Source: Tubulanus polymorphus
Taxonomy: Eukaryota; Animalia; Nemertea
Assembly: GCF_964204645.1 (NCBI RefSeq)
Contig: NW_027437441.1
Coordinates: 62,001-126,000 of the forward strand
DNA length: 64,000 bases
Direction: 5' to 3'
In this document: positions 26,341 to 36,899 of the stretch, in pieces
Layout of the letters: each line of letters begins with the position of its first letter
Numbering within the stretch: position 1 is the first letter of the stretch
The notes under the pieces: model-generated
Told to the model about the DNA's origin: nothing
The model's database searches: none
Seen by the model: only the letters and a program-made list of their open reading frames with translations
Program-made: the position numbers and the translations under genes

Positions 26341-27836
26341 GGTTTTGTCGGAACATTAAGTTTTTTGGTCGAACAGTGTGTTAAGGTCGTTTTGGAAATT
26401 TACTCGGTCTGGTATATTTTGGATAACTGTGTATGTCATTTGTCAGGACATTAAACAGAAGACGACTTAGGATACTACCTTGAGTGACTCCACTAGTTAG
26501 ACCGTCTCATTCCAAGATGAGGCGTTCCGTTGATTTCGGTTACAAGTTTCCGTTCAGAGATAACTGCTGAGCCATTTGGGCGACCTATCATTGATACTGT
26601 TTCCTAATAGCCTGTTTAGTAATGGCTGGTGTTGAGCCTTATCAAATGCTTTGTTGAAATCCACCGTTGAACACGATTCTAAGACTGTGCAGAAAACCCG
26701 TTATCGCTGCTTTGCAGCTATATTTATTATTATTTTCTTCCACACTATTTTTACTAAAAGAACAAAGGCTTTGTTACCTTGCCGCTGTTGTCGATACAAT
26801 CCGTCTGATATCATTCAGCTCACTTCGATCTACAAATACCCCGTGCGTATTTTGAAGAATCGTCGTTACAAAAGCACTGTCGGGCCGTAAACATCGAAAA
26901 TTGAGCCCCATTCAAAGAGCCGACATGTTTTTCTAAGTCCTCTTTCCGAAATCTACCGCACGTTTCTTGTCACATCAATTATCAATTCAAGCATAAATTA
27001 ACAAATTTATTACCCAAAGATTGCACATTCTGTCGCGGTTTTTAAAAACTAATTTTAACAATAGCCCATTTTCCTCATCAAATCGTATTACCGATATACA
27101 GGAAATTTACTACTTTAGATTTTAAAAGCACTGTCGAGCCGTAAACATCGAGGAATCGACGTGTGGCACTACATCGTCGTTCCGGGGATCAGCTGCGAGT
27201 TTCACCTCATGAGAATCAAATCGAGTACAAATTAATTTATTACTACCAGTGATTTGGCTGCGGGCTTCAAGCAGTTAGTTTAGCAATACCTATTTTTCTT
27301 TATCAAATTAACCGTGTAGCCTATTTACTAAGATAAATCATAAGTGTACCGGGGAGTCGTAGGCCTAAACGAAATACGCCGAAGAGATATAGCGGAGAAA
27401 AGCTGTTATGTCGACGAGGTATCAAAATAAAAGAATACATTACTTTATTCGGCCGCGGGCTTCAACCTCTATATCAATACCATCAATACTCTATAATTCC
27501 TACAGTACATACCGATCATTGTCAAATGCACAAGGTATTTACTAAATACAAGTATATAACACAATCCTTTCCGTATGCTGGACTCACACTTGACATTCGG
27601 AGTAAGCGTTCGCTGTGGGGGAAAGGAGATCGTTCGCTGTGTCGCTTGAAGTGTTTATCGAGTTTGACGCGGCTTTAGGCCTACCGGTACTGAGCTTTAC
27701 TGTCTCAAACGAACACAGTATAATTGTTGCGTTTATTAACGGACTCATTGGATTGAACTTCAAAACAAAATTTACGATATTTAGGAAGGTTGTTATTCAA
27801 TAGGCCTACGACCAATCTGTCCGGATGTTAGGCCTA

Positions 27837-28314
27837 AGTAATAGGGGTAATGGGCTTTCATACCAAAGGTCGAACGGTCGAGCTCATTAAAAAACAAAAC
27901 ATTAAAAGTAATTTAAAACTATAATATATTTTCATAAACGTGTGCATTTTATATTATAACTAAATATTTATTCTAAGATATCAATAATTTAAAAAGCATA
28001 TTATATTAAATCAATTGGTCGCTCCACTTCGCTACCGCTCCGCTCCGCGACCAATTGATTAATTTACAATACACACATTCATATAATCAAATATATTCAA
28101 ATAATAATAATATTCAACTGAAATGCACACGGTTATGAAAATATATTATAGTTTTAAATTACTTTTAATATTTGTTTTTAATGAACTCGACCATTCAACC
28201 TTTGATATGAAAGCCCATTACCCCTATTACTCTTAAAATAATCATATACATGAATAACATTTAAATTGACAGATTATTCAATATAAAAGTGTAAGCTCTT
28301 ATAGAATAGATATA
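27837..28314 (+). repeat. Left TIR of Polinton-2; 27837-28231 is itself a fold-back
   Basis: Reverse complement of 45704-46190 with a few substitutions and one small indel. Confidence 0.95.
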
Positions 28315-28464
28315 TAGATATATTTACAACATTATTTCAATATTCATATTTGTATGAGTTAGATTTTTAAACATTAAAAGTGTTAGTAAAGTGTGATTGA
28401 AATAATGCATAATATAAATCATTGAACTTCTAAAATCAATTTTAATAAAAAATTTAGTATTAAA

Positions 28465-28668
28465 ATGGAAGCAAATAAGTACTACTGCCCAACATGTAAT
28501 ATCAATATAGATAAATCCCAAAAAGCAAGACACAATAAAACTAAAACACATTTAGAGAATAAATTGAAACTAGAATATAAAGATGATATATTAGAAACTA
28601 AATTAGATGAATTAAAGAATGAAAAAGAAACATACATAGTGATAAAAGATATTATAATGAACATTTAA
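28465..28668 (+). pseudogene. C2H2 zinc-finger fragment, probably the frameshifted 5' end of the polymerase ORF
   Basis: YYCPTCNINI..ARHNKTKTH; a second finger remnant (EHLKSKSH) lies in the frame leading into 28692. Confidence 0.55.
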
Positions 28669-28691
28669 AATCCAAAAGTCATATTAGAAAT

Positions 28692-29408
28692 ATGAATAAT
28701 GATATTTTAGGTGAGGATTATATTGATAATGATAACGATAAGAAACATAAGACAATTAAAAGAATAAGAAATAAATTAAACAATAAAAGACCATACATGG
28801 AAGATGTAAGAAAATATATTAATTCATTAGATAATAAAAAAGATATAGAGATAACCGAAGCATTTAAAAGTGATATTGGCCCAGCAGCTATCGAGTTTAA
28901 ATTTCATAAAGGAAAAACATTAGAAGAAAATAAAAAACATTTAGAAAATATGAAAGAAATAATAAAAATAATAACTGATGTTGAATATCCTAAAATTAGT
29001 ATATCAGTTAAAGTTAAATTCATAAAATCTGAAGATAAACCAATATATAATATAAATTCTCATTCACAACATATTATATCTAAACAACATATAGATCATA
29101 AATTAGATAAATGTTGTAATGAAGTAAAAACTAAAATAGAAGAGAAATATTTTGAAGGATCAGGTTTGATATTTGATGAAATAATATCTATGACTTTACA
29201 TGTGTATAACACAAAATATAATAAGTTAACTAAATCAAAACCAATTGATGAAAATAATATATCATATTATAAAGAACCAGATATTGAAGCATCGAGTTAT
29301 ATTAAACTACCATTTAAAACTAATGCTGTTATGAATATACAAAATGAAGATGATAAATGTTTTCTATGGGCTATAATAAGTTGTTTACATCCAACAGAAG
29401 ATAATTAA
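28692..29408 (+). pseudogene. polB: Protein-primed family B DNA polymerase, N-terminal region (terminal-protein / OTU-like part)
   Basis: EGSG..SSYIKLP..NIQNEDDKCFLWAI motif typical of the Polinton pPolB N-terminus; followed by an apparent internal deletion. Confidence 0.75.
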
Positions 29409-29472
29409 TAATGAAATAGAAAGATTAAATTCAAATAGATCAAAAGATAAAATACCAACTTATAAATTTAGA

Positions 29473-29862
29473 ATGTTAGCTAAAACATCTGAGAATTATA
29501 TATCGTTCCAATTTGGTTGCCTAAGATTTATAGATTCATATAGATTTTTAAATAGTTCATTAGATAACTTATCAAAAGCATTTGTTGATGATGAATTAAA
29601 GATATTAAAACAACACTACCCAAATAATGATGATTTTCAATTAATGAGATATAAAGGAGCAATTCCATATTCATTTTATAAATCACATAATGATTTTAAC
29701 ATAACTGAATTATTGAAAGAACAATTCTATGATGAATTAAAAAATGAATATGTTAAAGATGAAGTCTATAATAGAACATTGAATATTTGGAATCATTTCA
29801 AAATAGAAAATCATGGGCAATTAGTAGATTTATATTTAAAAAATCAGATGTATTATTATTAA
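29473..29862 (+). pseudogene. polB: pPolB exonuclease-domain fragment
   Basis: LRFIDSYRFLNSSLDNL..KGAIPY..DLYL. Confidence 0.85.
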
Positions 29863-30539
29863 CCGATATATTCGAAAGGTTTAGAGATGTAAACCTAAAA
29901 TATTTTAACATTGATCCTTGTCATTGTTATTCATCACCAGGTTTAACATGGGATTGTGGATTAAAATTTACAAATATAAAAATGGATTTGTTAACAAATA
30001 TAGATCAATTATTATTATTTGAAAAATCTATAAGAGGAAGAGTTTCAGGTGTATTAGGTGATAGATATTTCAATGTAAATGATAACCCTGGATATAAGTT
30101 ATTATATATAGATGCAAATAATTTTTATGGTTGGGCAATGATGGAACCACAACCTTATGGAGTATTTGAATTAACTGAAGTTTTACAGAATGAAAATAAT
30201 GATAAATTTGATTGGAAGAAAAGAATCCTAGATATTGCAGATGATTCAGATACTGGTTACTTCTTTGTTGTAGACTTAGAATATCCTGAACATATTAAAT
30301 TTAAATCTAGAAATCTAGCATACTGTCCCGAACATAAAACTGTAACTCATGAAGAATTATCAAGTTATCAAAAAAGAATTAAACCCGAAAATCATATTCA
30401 TACAGAAAAGTTAATGGTAACTCAAGAAGATAAATTTAATTATGTAGTACATTATAGAATGTTAAAGTTTTATTTGAATCAAGGAATGATTCTAAAAAAG
30501 TACATAGATATATTTCATTTAGTCAATCTAAGTGGTTAG
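29787..30539 (+). pseudogene. polB: pPolB palm fragment (motif A)
   Basis: DVLLL.DIFE.FR, SSPGLTWD, YIDANNFYGWAM; frameshifts in A-runs on both sides. Confidence 0.9.
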
Positions 30540-30613
30540 AAAAATATATAGATTTTAACACCAAACAGAGAACTGAAGCTAAAACTGATTTCGAGAAAGA
30601 TTTCTTCAAGTTA

Positions 30614-31444
30614 ATGAATAATGCATTCTATGGTAAGACTTGTGAAAATATTAGAAATAGAAATGATATTGAGTTAGTCAGTAATGGTAAAAGAATTAGA
30701 CATTTACAAACATATCCTAAGTTCATTGGTAACAGAATATTTGATGAAAATTTAGCCGCAGTTAAGATGAGAAGAACATCAATGAAATTTAATAAACCAA
30801 TCTATGTTGGCGCTTCAGTTTTAGAATTATCAAAATTACTAATGTATGAATTCTATTATAATGTATTACAACCACTTTTTGGAGAAAAACATATAGAAAT
30901 ATTATATTTTGATACTGACAGTTACATATTAAAGATAAAAACTGATAACATAACTGATGATTTAAAAACATTAAAACGTCATTTTGATTTTAGTAACTAT
31001 CCTAAAGATCATGAATTGTTTAGCAATGATAATAAAAAAGTTCCCGGTAAATTCAAAGATGAATTAGGTGGTGAAGAAATGATTGAATTCATAGGTATTC
31101 GATCTAAAATGTATTCATATAAAACTAAAGAACATGAAGCTAAAAAGTTAAAAGGAATAACCAAAAATGTAGTAGAAAAGAATATTCATTTCAAAGATTA
31201 CATCAATTGTATATTCAATGAAGAAGTTAGAAAACATAAGATGAGATGTTTAAGATCTGAAGATCATGAAATGTTTATTGAAGAAATTGAAAAGATAAGT
31301 CTAAACCCATTTGATGATAAAAGATATATTCTGGATGATGGAATTCACACAGTTGCTTATGGTTGTAATTTAGATGAATACTTAAAATTTAAAAGAGAAG
31401 AAACAAAAGAGAACGAGATAATGAAAAGAATTCTAACGTGTTAA
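30614..31444 (+). pseudogene. polB: pPolB C-terminal fragment (motifs B and C)
   Basis: (KL)MNNAFYGKT, YFDTDS, GKFKDE, KMY, KLKGI, DDKR. Confidence 0.92.
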
Positions 31445-31473
31445 TCAAATTTTAATAAAAATATGTTATTAAA

Positions 31474-31827
31474 ATGGAGAGTAAACAAGCACACAGTGAG
31501 AACAACAAATTATTTCTAGATAGAATTAAAGATATAACAAATGTAAAATCTGTAGATTATAAATTCAAAAAGTTAAAAGAATTAACAATCCATAAGAAAT
31601 ATCTAATTACAAATATTGATACAGTTAGTAATAACTATGGAGATAAATTAGTTATACACTTAGAATATGAAGGATTAAAAGGAAATACATATAAATTCAG
31701 AACATATTTACCGGATAGATTTCATAGATTATCAAGTGAAGATTTAGAAGAATTATGTTCTGGAGATTTCTATTTCGTATACAAAGGTAAGAATGAAAAG
31801 GGGCACCATGAAATAGATTTCGAATAA
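31474..31827 (+). CDS. Small Polinton protein after polB, possibly OB-fold / ssDNA-binding
   Basis: Intact 117-aa ORF with its own AT-rich leader; the pattern FKKLKEL..Y.I....YG..V.L..YLP.RF; the fold is inferred. Confidence 0.55.
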   Translation: MESKQAHSENNKLFLDRIKDITNVKSVDYKFKKLKELTIHKKYLITNIDTVSNNYGDKLVIHLEYEGLKGNTYKFRTYLPDRFHRLSSEDLEELCSGDFYFVYKGKNEKGHHEIDFE

Positions 31828-31844
31828 GAAAATATGTAAAATAA

Positions 31845-32063
31845 ATGGTAGAATTAAAAGAATACAGAATATTTGTTGATTCTAGAAGACTTACAAATTA
31901 TAAATCACATAATTTAAAAGTTCAATTAGATAGAGAATTTAAGAATTGTGTTGATTTAAAATTAGTTAATATAAGTTTATGTAATTCTTTTTACAATATA
32001 TCGAATAAAACTGTTGAACATAGAGCTTTTTTAATTTTTGATAAAAATAAAAATGAATTCTAA
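31845..32063 (+). pseudogene. Minor capsid protein (penton), N-terminal stub
   Basis: IFVDSR..L..QLDREFKN..L.NISL.NSFYNI resembles penton N-termini; cut off by the piggyBac junction near 32058. Confidence 0.65.
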
Positions 32064-33249
32064 AAAGAAAACAGTCAGAACTCCATTTTTCAATGAAACC
32101 ATGCCTCGTGATCGATTTCTGCTGATATTGAAATTTTTTCATTGTAACGACAACGATGCTCGTCCTGGTGACAACCAGGATCGGTTATACAAAGTCCGCC
32201 CTGTCTATGATCACCTCACACGCAAATTTACCGAAGTTTACACGCCCACGGAACATTTATCATTAGACGAAGGGGTGTTGAAGTGGCGCGGGAGACTAGT
32301 GTTCCGTTGTTATAACCCCCAAAAGCCCGAAAAATATGGAATGAAGTCGTACATGGTATCGGAATCCGAATCTGGGTATTTGTACAGTTTTAGTCTCTAT
32401 TGTGGCATGAACCGGAATGTTCCTACCATATGTGATGATACCCTACAGCCTTTATATGGTAAGAACTATAAAGTTTACATGGATAACTTCTACAATAGCA
32501 GGAAGGTATCCCAGCACTTGCTCAATAATAGGACTCACACATGCGGAACTGTTCGTATAAACCGCGGTCTTCCAAAGGCGCTTGTTCAACAAAGCAAAGA
32601 ACTTCGACGTGGCGATGTCGCTTTCCGTCAAAAGGATGGAATAATGTTTCTGCTATGGCTAGATAAGAGACTGGTAAAAATGGTATCCACTTTACATGAT
32701 TCTTCTATGGCAGAAACAGGTAAACAGGATAAAGATGGAAATCTGATTAGAAAACCGCAATGCATAATTGATTATAACCATTTTATGTCTGTTGTGGACC
32801 ACTGTGATCAGATGTTGCGTTATTATCCGTGTGTTTTGAAAACTGTGAAATGGACAAAAAAATTAGTACTATATCTCATTCATCTATCAGCAGTGAACAG
32901 TTATTTCCTGTATCAAAAGAATCCCAATAAGGACAAACTTCATCTTCTGGAATTTTTGGAGCGTATAATTGAATCTATGGCTGAACTTGCGGGTGAAGTT
33001 CCCGTGGGACATCAGGCCAATAGGGGACCACAGGGAGATCCAGTTACAAGGCTTACAGGAGGGGCAGCTAATCATGCATTTGTTTTGATCCCCCCTACTG
33101 CCAAGAAACAAAACCCAACCAGAGTATGCAGGGTTTGCTCAAAAAAGGGCATGAGAAGCGAGTCTAGATATATGTGCCGCAACTGTGAAACCCCCCTTCA
33201 TCCTGAATGTTACTCTGCATATCACTCCAAAAAGATTTACTGGGTGTAA
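32038..33249 (+). CDS. piggyBac transposase (PGBD4-like), 5'-truncated
   Basis: MPRDRF, SLDE, KYG.K, MDNFY, CGTVR.NR, W.DKR.V, YN.FM..VD..DQ, and a C-terminal CxxC..CxxC..H cysteine-rich domain; GC content higher than the Polinton. Confidence 0.93.
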   Translation: MIKIKMNSKKKTVRTPFFNETMPRDRFLLILKFFHCNDNDARPGDNQDRLYKVRPVYDHLTRKFTEVYTPTEHLSLDEGVLKWRGRLVFRCYNPQKPEKYGMKSYMVSESESGYLYSFSLYCGMNRNVPTICDDTLQPLYGKNYKVYMDNFYNSRKVSQHLLNNRTHTCGTVRINRGLPKALVQQSKELRRGDVAFRQKDGIMFLLWLDKRLVKMVSTLHDSSMAETGKQDKDGNLIRKPQCIIDYNHFMSVVDHCDQMLRYYPCVLKTVKWTKKLVLYLIHLSAVNSYFLYQKNPNKDKLHLLEFLERIIESMAELAGEVPVGHQANRGPQGDPVTRLTGGAANHAFVLIPPTAKKQNPTRVCRVCSKKGMRSESRYMCRNCETPLHPECYSAYHSKKIYWV

Positions 33250-33410
33250 AATATCATAAAACCAAAGAATTAAAGACAAGAGTAAGGTAAGACATTATTT
33301 TTTCTTCATTTATTGCTCTTTTATTGAAGGACTACAAAATTTAACATTTTTTGGAAAAAACGTTAGCACAGGGGTATATACGCATTTCTAAAATTTCAGC
33401 AGTCAAAGTG
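32058..33410 (+). mobile_element. piggyBac-A, right portion, ending ..gcagtcaaagtg + TTAA
   Basis: TTAA at 33411-33414 corresponds to the uninterrupted TTAA at 37385-37388; left end absent. Confidence 0.85.
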
Positions 33411-33436
33411 TTAATTCAAGATTATAATACCATGAA

Positions 33437-33895
33437 TCATTTTTTAAATTCTAAATTATTCGTGAAATATGGGTCATCTTTAAAAATTTGTTCTACAACA
33501 TCTTCAGTATCAATTTCATCTATTACAACTTTTGGTAATAATTCGTTAACAATTGTATCTGTTACTCTAGATTTCATACTATATAATTCCATAGGTTTAT
33601 CAGGATATTTTTCTTGTTGTTTTACTAATAGTTCCATAAATTCTTTTCTTTCTGTTCTAGTTGAAATTCTACCACTTTCAGGAGCTTTTAAATATTTATT
33701 TAATTTTTCACGTAATTCGGAATTAATTCCATCATAATCATCATCATAATCATCATCTTCACCTAAATTAGTATTATATTCTGGCTCATTACCATCATTA
33801 AAACTTGTTTCACTAAAATCAGGTTGTGGTTCATCACTTATACCGGGGGTGTCACCAAAAGGATCCAATGGAAAACCTTCTCCACCTTCTGCCAT
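33437..33895 (-). pseudogene. Inverted duplicate of the 5' part of the acidic/membrane protein gene
   Basis: Matches 36900 onward; cut by piggyBac-A. Confidence 0.75.
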
Positions 33896-33914
33896 TTACA
33901 TAATACAAAAATTA

Positions 33915-35272
33915 AAATTTAAAATATAATATTCCTCCGATTACAATTCCTATACAAGTTATAGCTAATTTAGTATTTTCATGGGATTTATTATCATTAT
34001 CAGTTTTAATTATATCATGTTGATGTATTGTAATCTTTTATTTTAGAATCATTATTTAATTTAATATTCTTAGTTTTAGTTTCTGTTGATTGAATGTGTT
34101 TTTTATTTTTTACACCTTCCATTAATTTTGGAGGAGTAATAATCTTTTTATTTATATCATTCAATCCAAATGAATTATTTATTGTTGCAGTTTTAATTAG
34201 ATTATTATAACCAATTATGTTTCCCATCTTTAATACTAAATCATTAGAAATAATTAATAGATTAGGGCCTATACAATAATTTAATCTAATATGTGATTTA
34301 TCTAAATAATTTTGATATCTTACAATGTTTTCTGGAATCGATCTATTTTTATCATTATGTATGGAATCTTCAAATAAAACTTTAAATTGTTTTTGTGTAT
34401 CGAATGATGTATTCAAATTTCCAATTATTGGGGATCTTGTTTCAACTTGCGCACCTAAAATACATCAAATAAGTTCTAATTGATTGATTTATTTTTTGTA
34501 TTCCGGCTTTAGTAAAACCTTCATTATTTTCTAAAATGAAATAAACCCAACCATTATTGTTTTCTTGTTTTAAATTATCATAAAATGTCGGTAATTTATT
34601 GAAATTTAATGTTTCTAAATCCTTAGTTTCTATTTTACCATAACCTAATTTATTACTATAGATATTATACAAACTATAAGATGGTATGGGAAGTGCACAA
34701 TATTCTGCAATCTTTTTAGGGCAAGGAAGTGATCTTATTGTTCCAATTTTTGTTCTAAAATCAGAATTATTTATATCTATATTAAATTCATTACAAATTT
34801 TATAAAACTTTGATAAATTAATATTATTATCTAATTCTTTAAAATACCTAGATCCTGGTAAAGCGCACTCTAATTCATTTAATATTATTCTGATTTGAAA
34901 GTATGTATGAAATCTAAATAAACTTTGAATTAATTTATATTTATAATTATTCAAATGATCATTCCAACTAATTCCACAACCTGTTGTTGCACAATAAACA
35001 GCAAAATTTAATTGGTTCTGCCAATACTTCATATTAGATTTTAATAACCACTGTTTTTCATCTTTCAATTTTTTAAAATCAATTAAATATACATGAAATA
35101 TATTTTCCATCTTTGCATTAAAATTATTAGTTTCAGTAACATAAATTACTAAATTAGTTAATGAATCTAAAACTTCATTTCTATATGTAATATCTTTATT
35201 AAAATCTATTGCTGGAATATTATATTTAATTGATTTATTATATTGGAAAGCTTTTGGAAAACTATCTACCAT
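33915..35272 (-). pseudogene. WQNQLNF-motif protein of Polinton-2 (ORFs 34442-35272 and 34015-34416), frameshifted
   Basis: Colinear with 104-1405. Confidence 0.75.
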
Positions 35273-35289
35273 TTATTTAATAAAAAAAT

Positions 35290-35722
35290 TAATAATTTAT
35301 TAATTCTTTTAATAATTTATCTTGTTCTTCAACTGTTATATGACCATTTAAACTTATTATATAATCTAGTGTGTTCTTTAATTTATTAATTTCTTTTATA
35401 TTAGTTTTAATTTTTCTTTATTACTTTTTATATTTAATTTTGAACTTATACCAGTTAAAACACTTGAACTTAATCCTAACACACCAATTGATATAGCTAA
35501 AGGTGTTAATGGACTGAATATTGCTAGAAATGTTATTACAGAACTAATTGTAACCGAACCACTTATAATCAAATAATATATAATTTTACTTTTTAGATAT
35601 TTTTTCTTTTTAACTTTTAAGTCACTTTCAAATTCTAATATTTGTTTTTCTAAATATGTTTTTAATTTAGTTTTATTTATATCATGAGGAATAATATCAA
35701 TATTATCAACTTTATCTTCCAT
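35290..35722 (-). pseudogene. Small two-transmembrane-helix protein (ORF 35396-35722, C-terminus frameshifted)
   Basis: IIYYLIISGSVTISSVITFLAIF and LAISIGVLGLSSSVLTGI; the 3' end matches positions 1-88 of Polinton-1. Confidence 0.65.
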
Positions 35723-36899
35723 TTATTTAGCAAAAAAAAATTACTAATTAGTAAACTTATATGCTACAAATATAACAATAACAGTTCCACCTAAATTCCA
35801 TATTATTTCATATTTCTTCTGTTCATTACTTTGGGTATAATAATCTGATAATTTAGGTTTGTATAGATGTAATTTTTCTTTATTTGTTACTGCGTTATAT
35901 AAACTCATTGCATCAATAAAGAATTATATGATCAGAAGATTTCACACAGAGATTTTCAATCAGTTGATGATGCAATGAGTTTATATAACGCAGTAACAAA
36001 TAAAGAAAAATTACATCTATACAAACCTAAATTATCAGATTATTAAAATTGGAACAATAAGATCACTTCCTTGCCCTAAAAAGATTGCAGAATATTGTGC
36101 ACTTCCCATACCATCTTATAGTTTGTATAATATCTATAGTAATAAATTAGGTTATGGTAAAATAGAAACTAAGGATTTAGAAACATTAAATTTCAATAAA
36201 TTACCGACATTTTATGATAATTTAAAACAAGAAAACAATAATGGTTGGGTTTATTTCATTTTAGAAAATAATGAAGGTTTTACTTAAGCCGGAATACAAA
36301 GAATAAATCAATCAATTAGAACTTATTTGATGTATTTTAGGTGCGCAAGTTGAGACAAGATCCCCAATAATTGGAAATTTGAATACATCATTCGATACAC
36401 AAAAACAATTTAAAGTTTTATTTGAAGATTCCATACATAATGATAAAAATAGATCGATTCCAGAAAACATTGTAAGATATCAAAATTATTTAGATAAATC
36501 ACATATTAGATTAAATTATTGTATAGGCCCTAATCTATTAATTATTTCTAATGATTTAGTATTAAAGATGGGAAACATAATTGGTTATAATAATCTAATT
36601 AAAACTGCAACAATAAATAATTCATTTGGATTGAATGATATAAATAAAAAGATTATTACTGCTCCAAAATTAATGGAAGGTGTAAAAAATAAAAAACACA
36701 TTCAATCAACAGAAACTAAAACTAAGAATATTAAATTAAATAATGATTCTAAAATAAAAGATTACAATACATCAACATGATATAATTAAAACTGATAATG
36801 ATAATAAATCCCATGAAAATACTAAATTAGCTATAACTTGTATAGGAATTGTAATCGGAGGAATATTATGTTTTAAATTTTAATTTTTGTATTATGTAA

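Noticed and set aside
12998-26454. Many overlapping ORFs reading MVLSPATIHYFGFIARDNSLFWFYRPRQF (also 53017-53352)
   Set aside because: Translation of the 31-bp satellite in all three frames; not genes.
27837-28231. Reading each terminal fold-back as an independent MITE
   Set aside because: It occurs at all three Polinton ends in the proper orientation and has no TSD of its own at the inner boundary.
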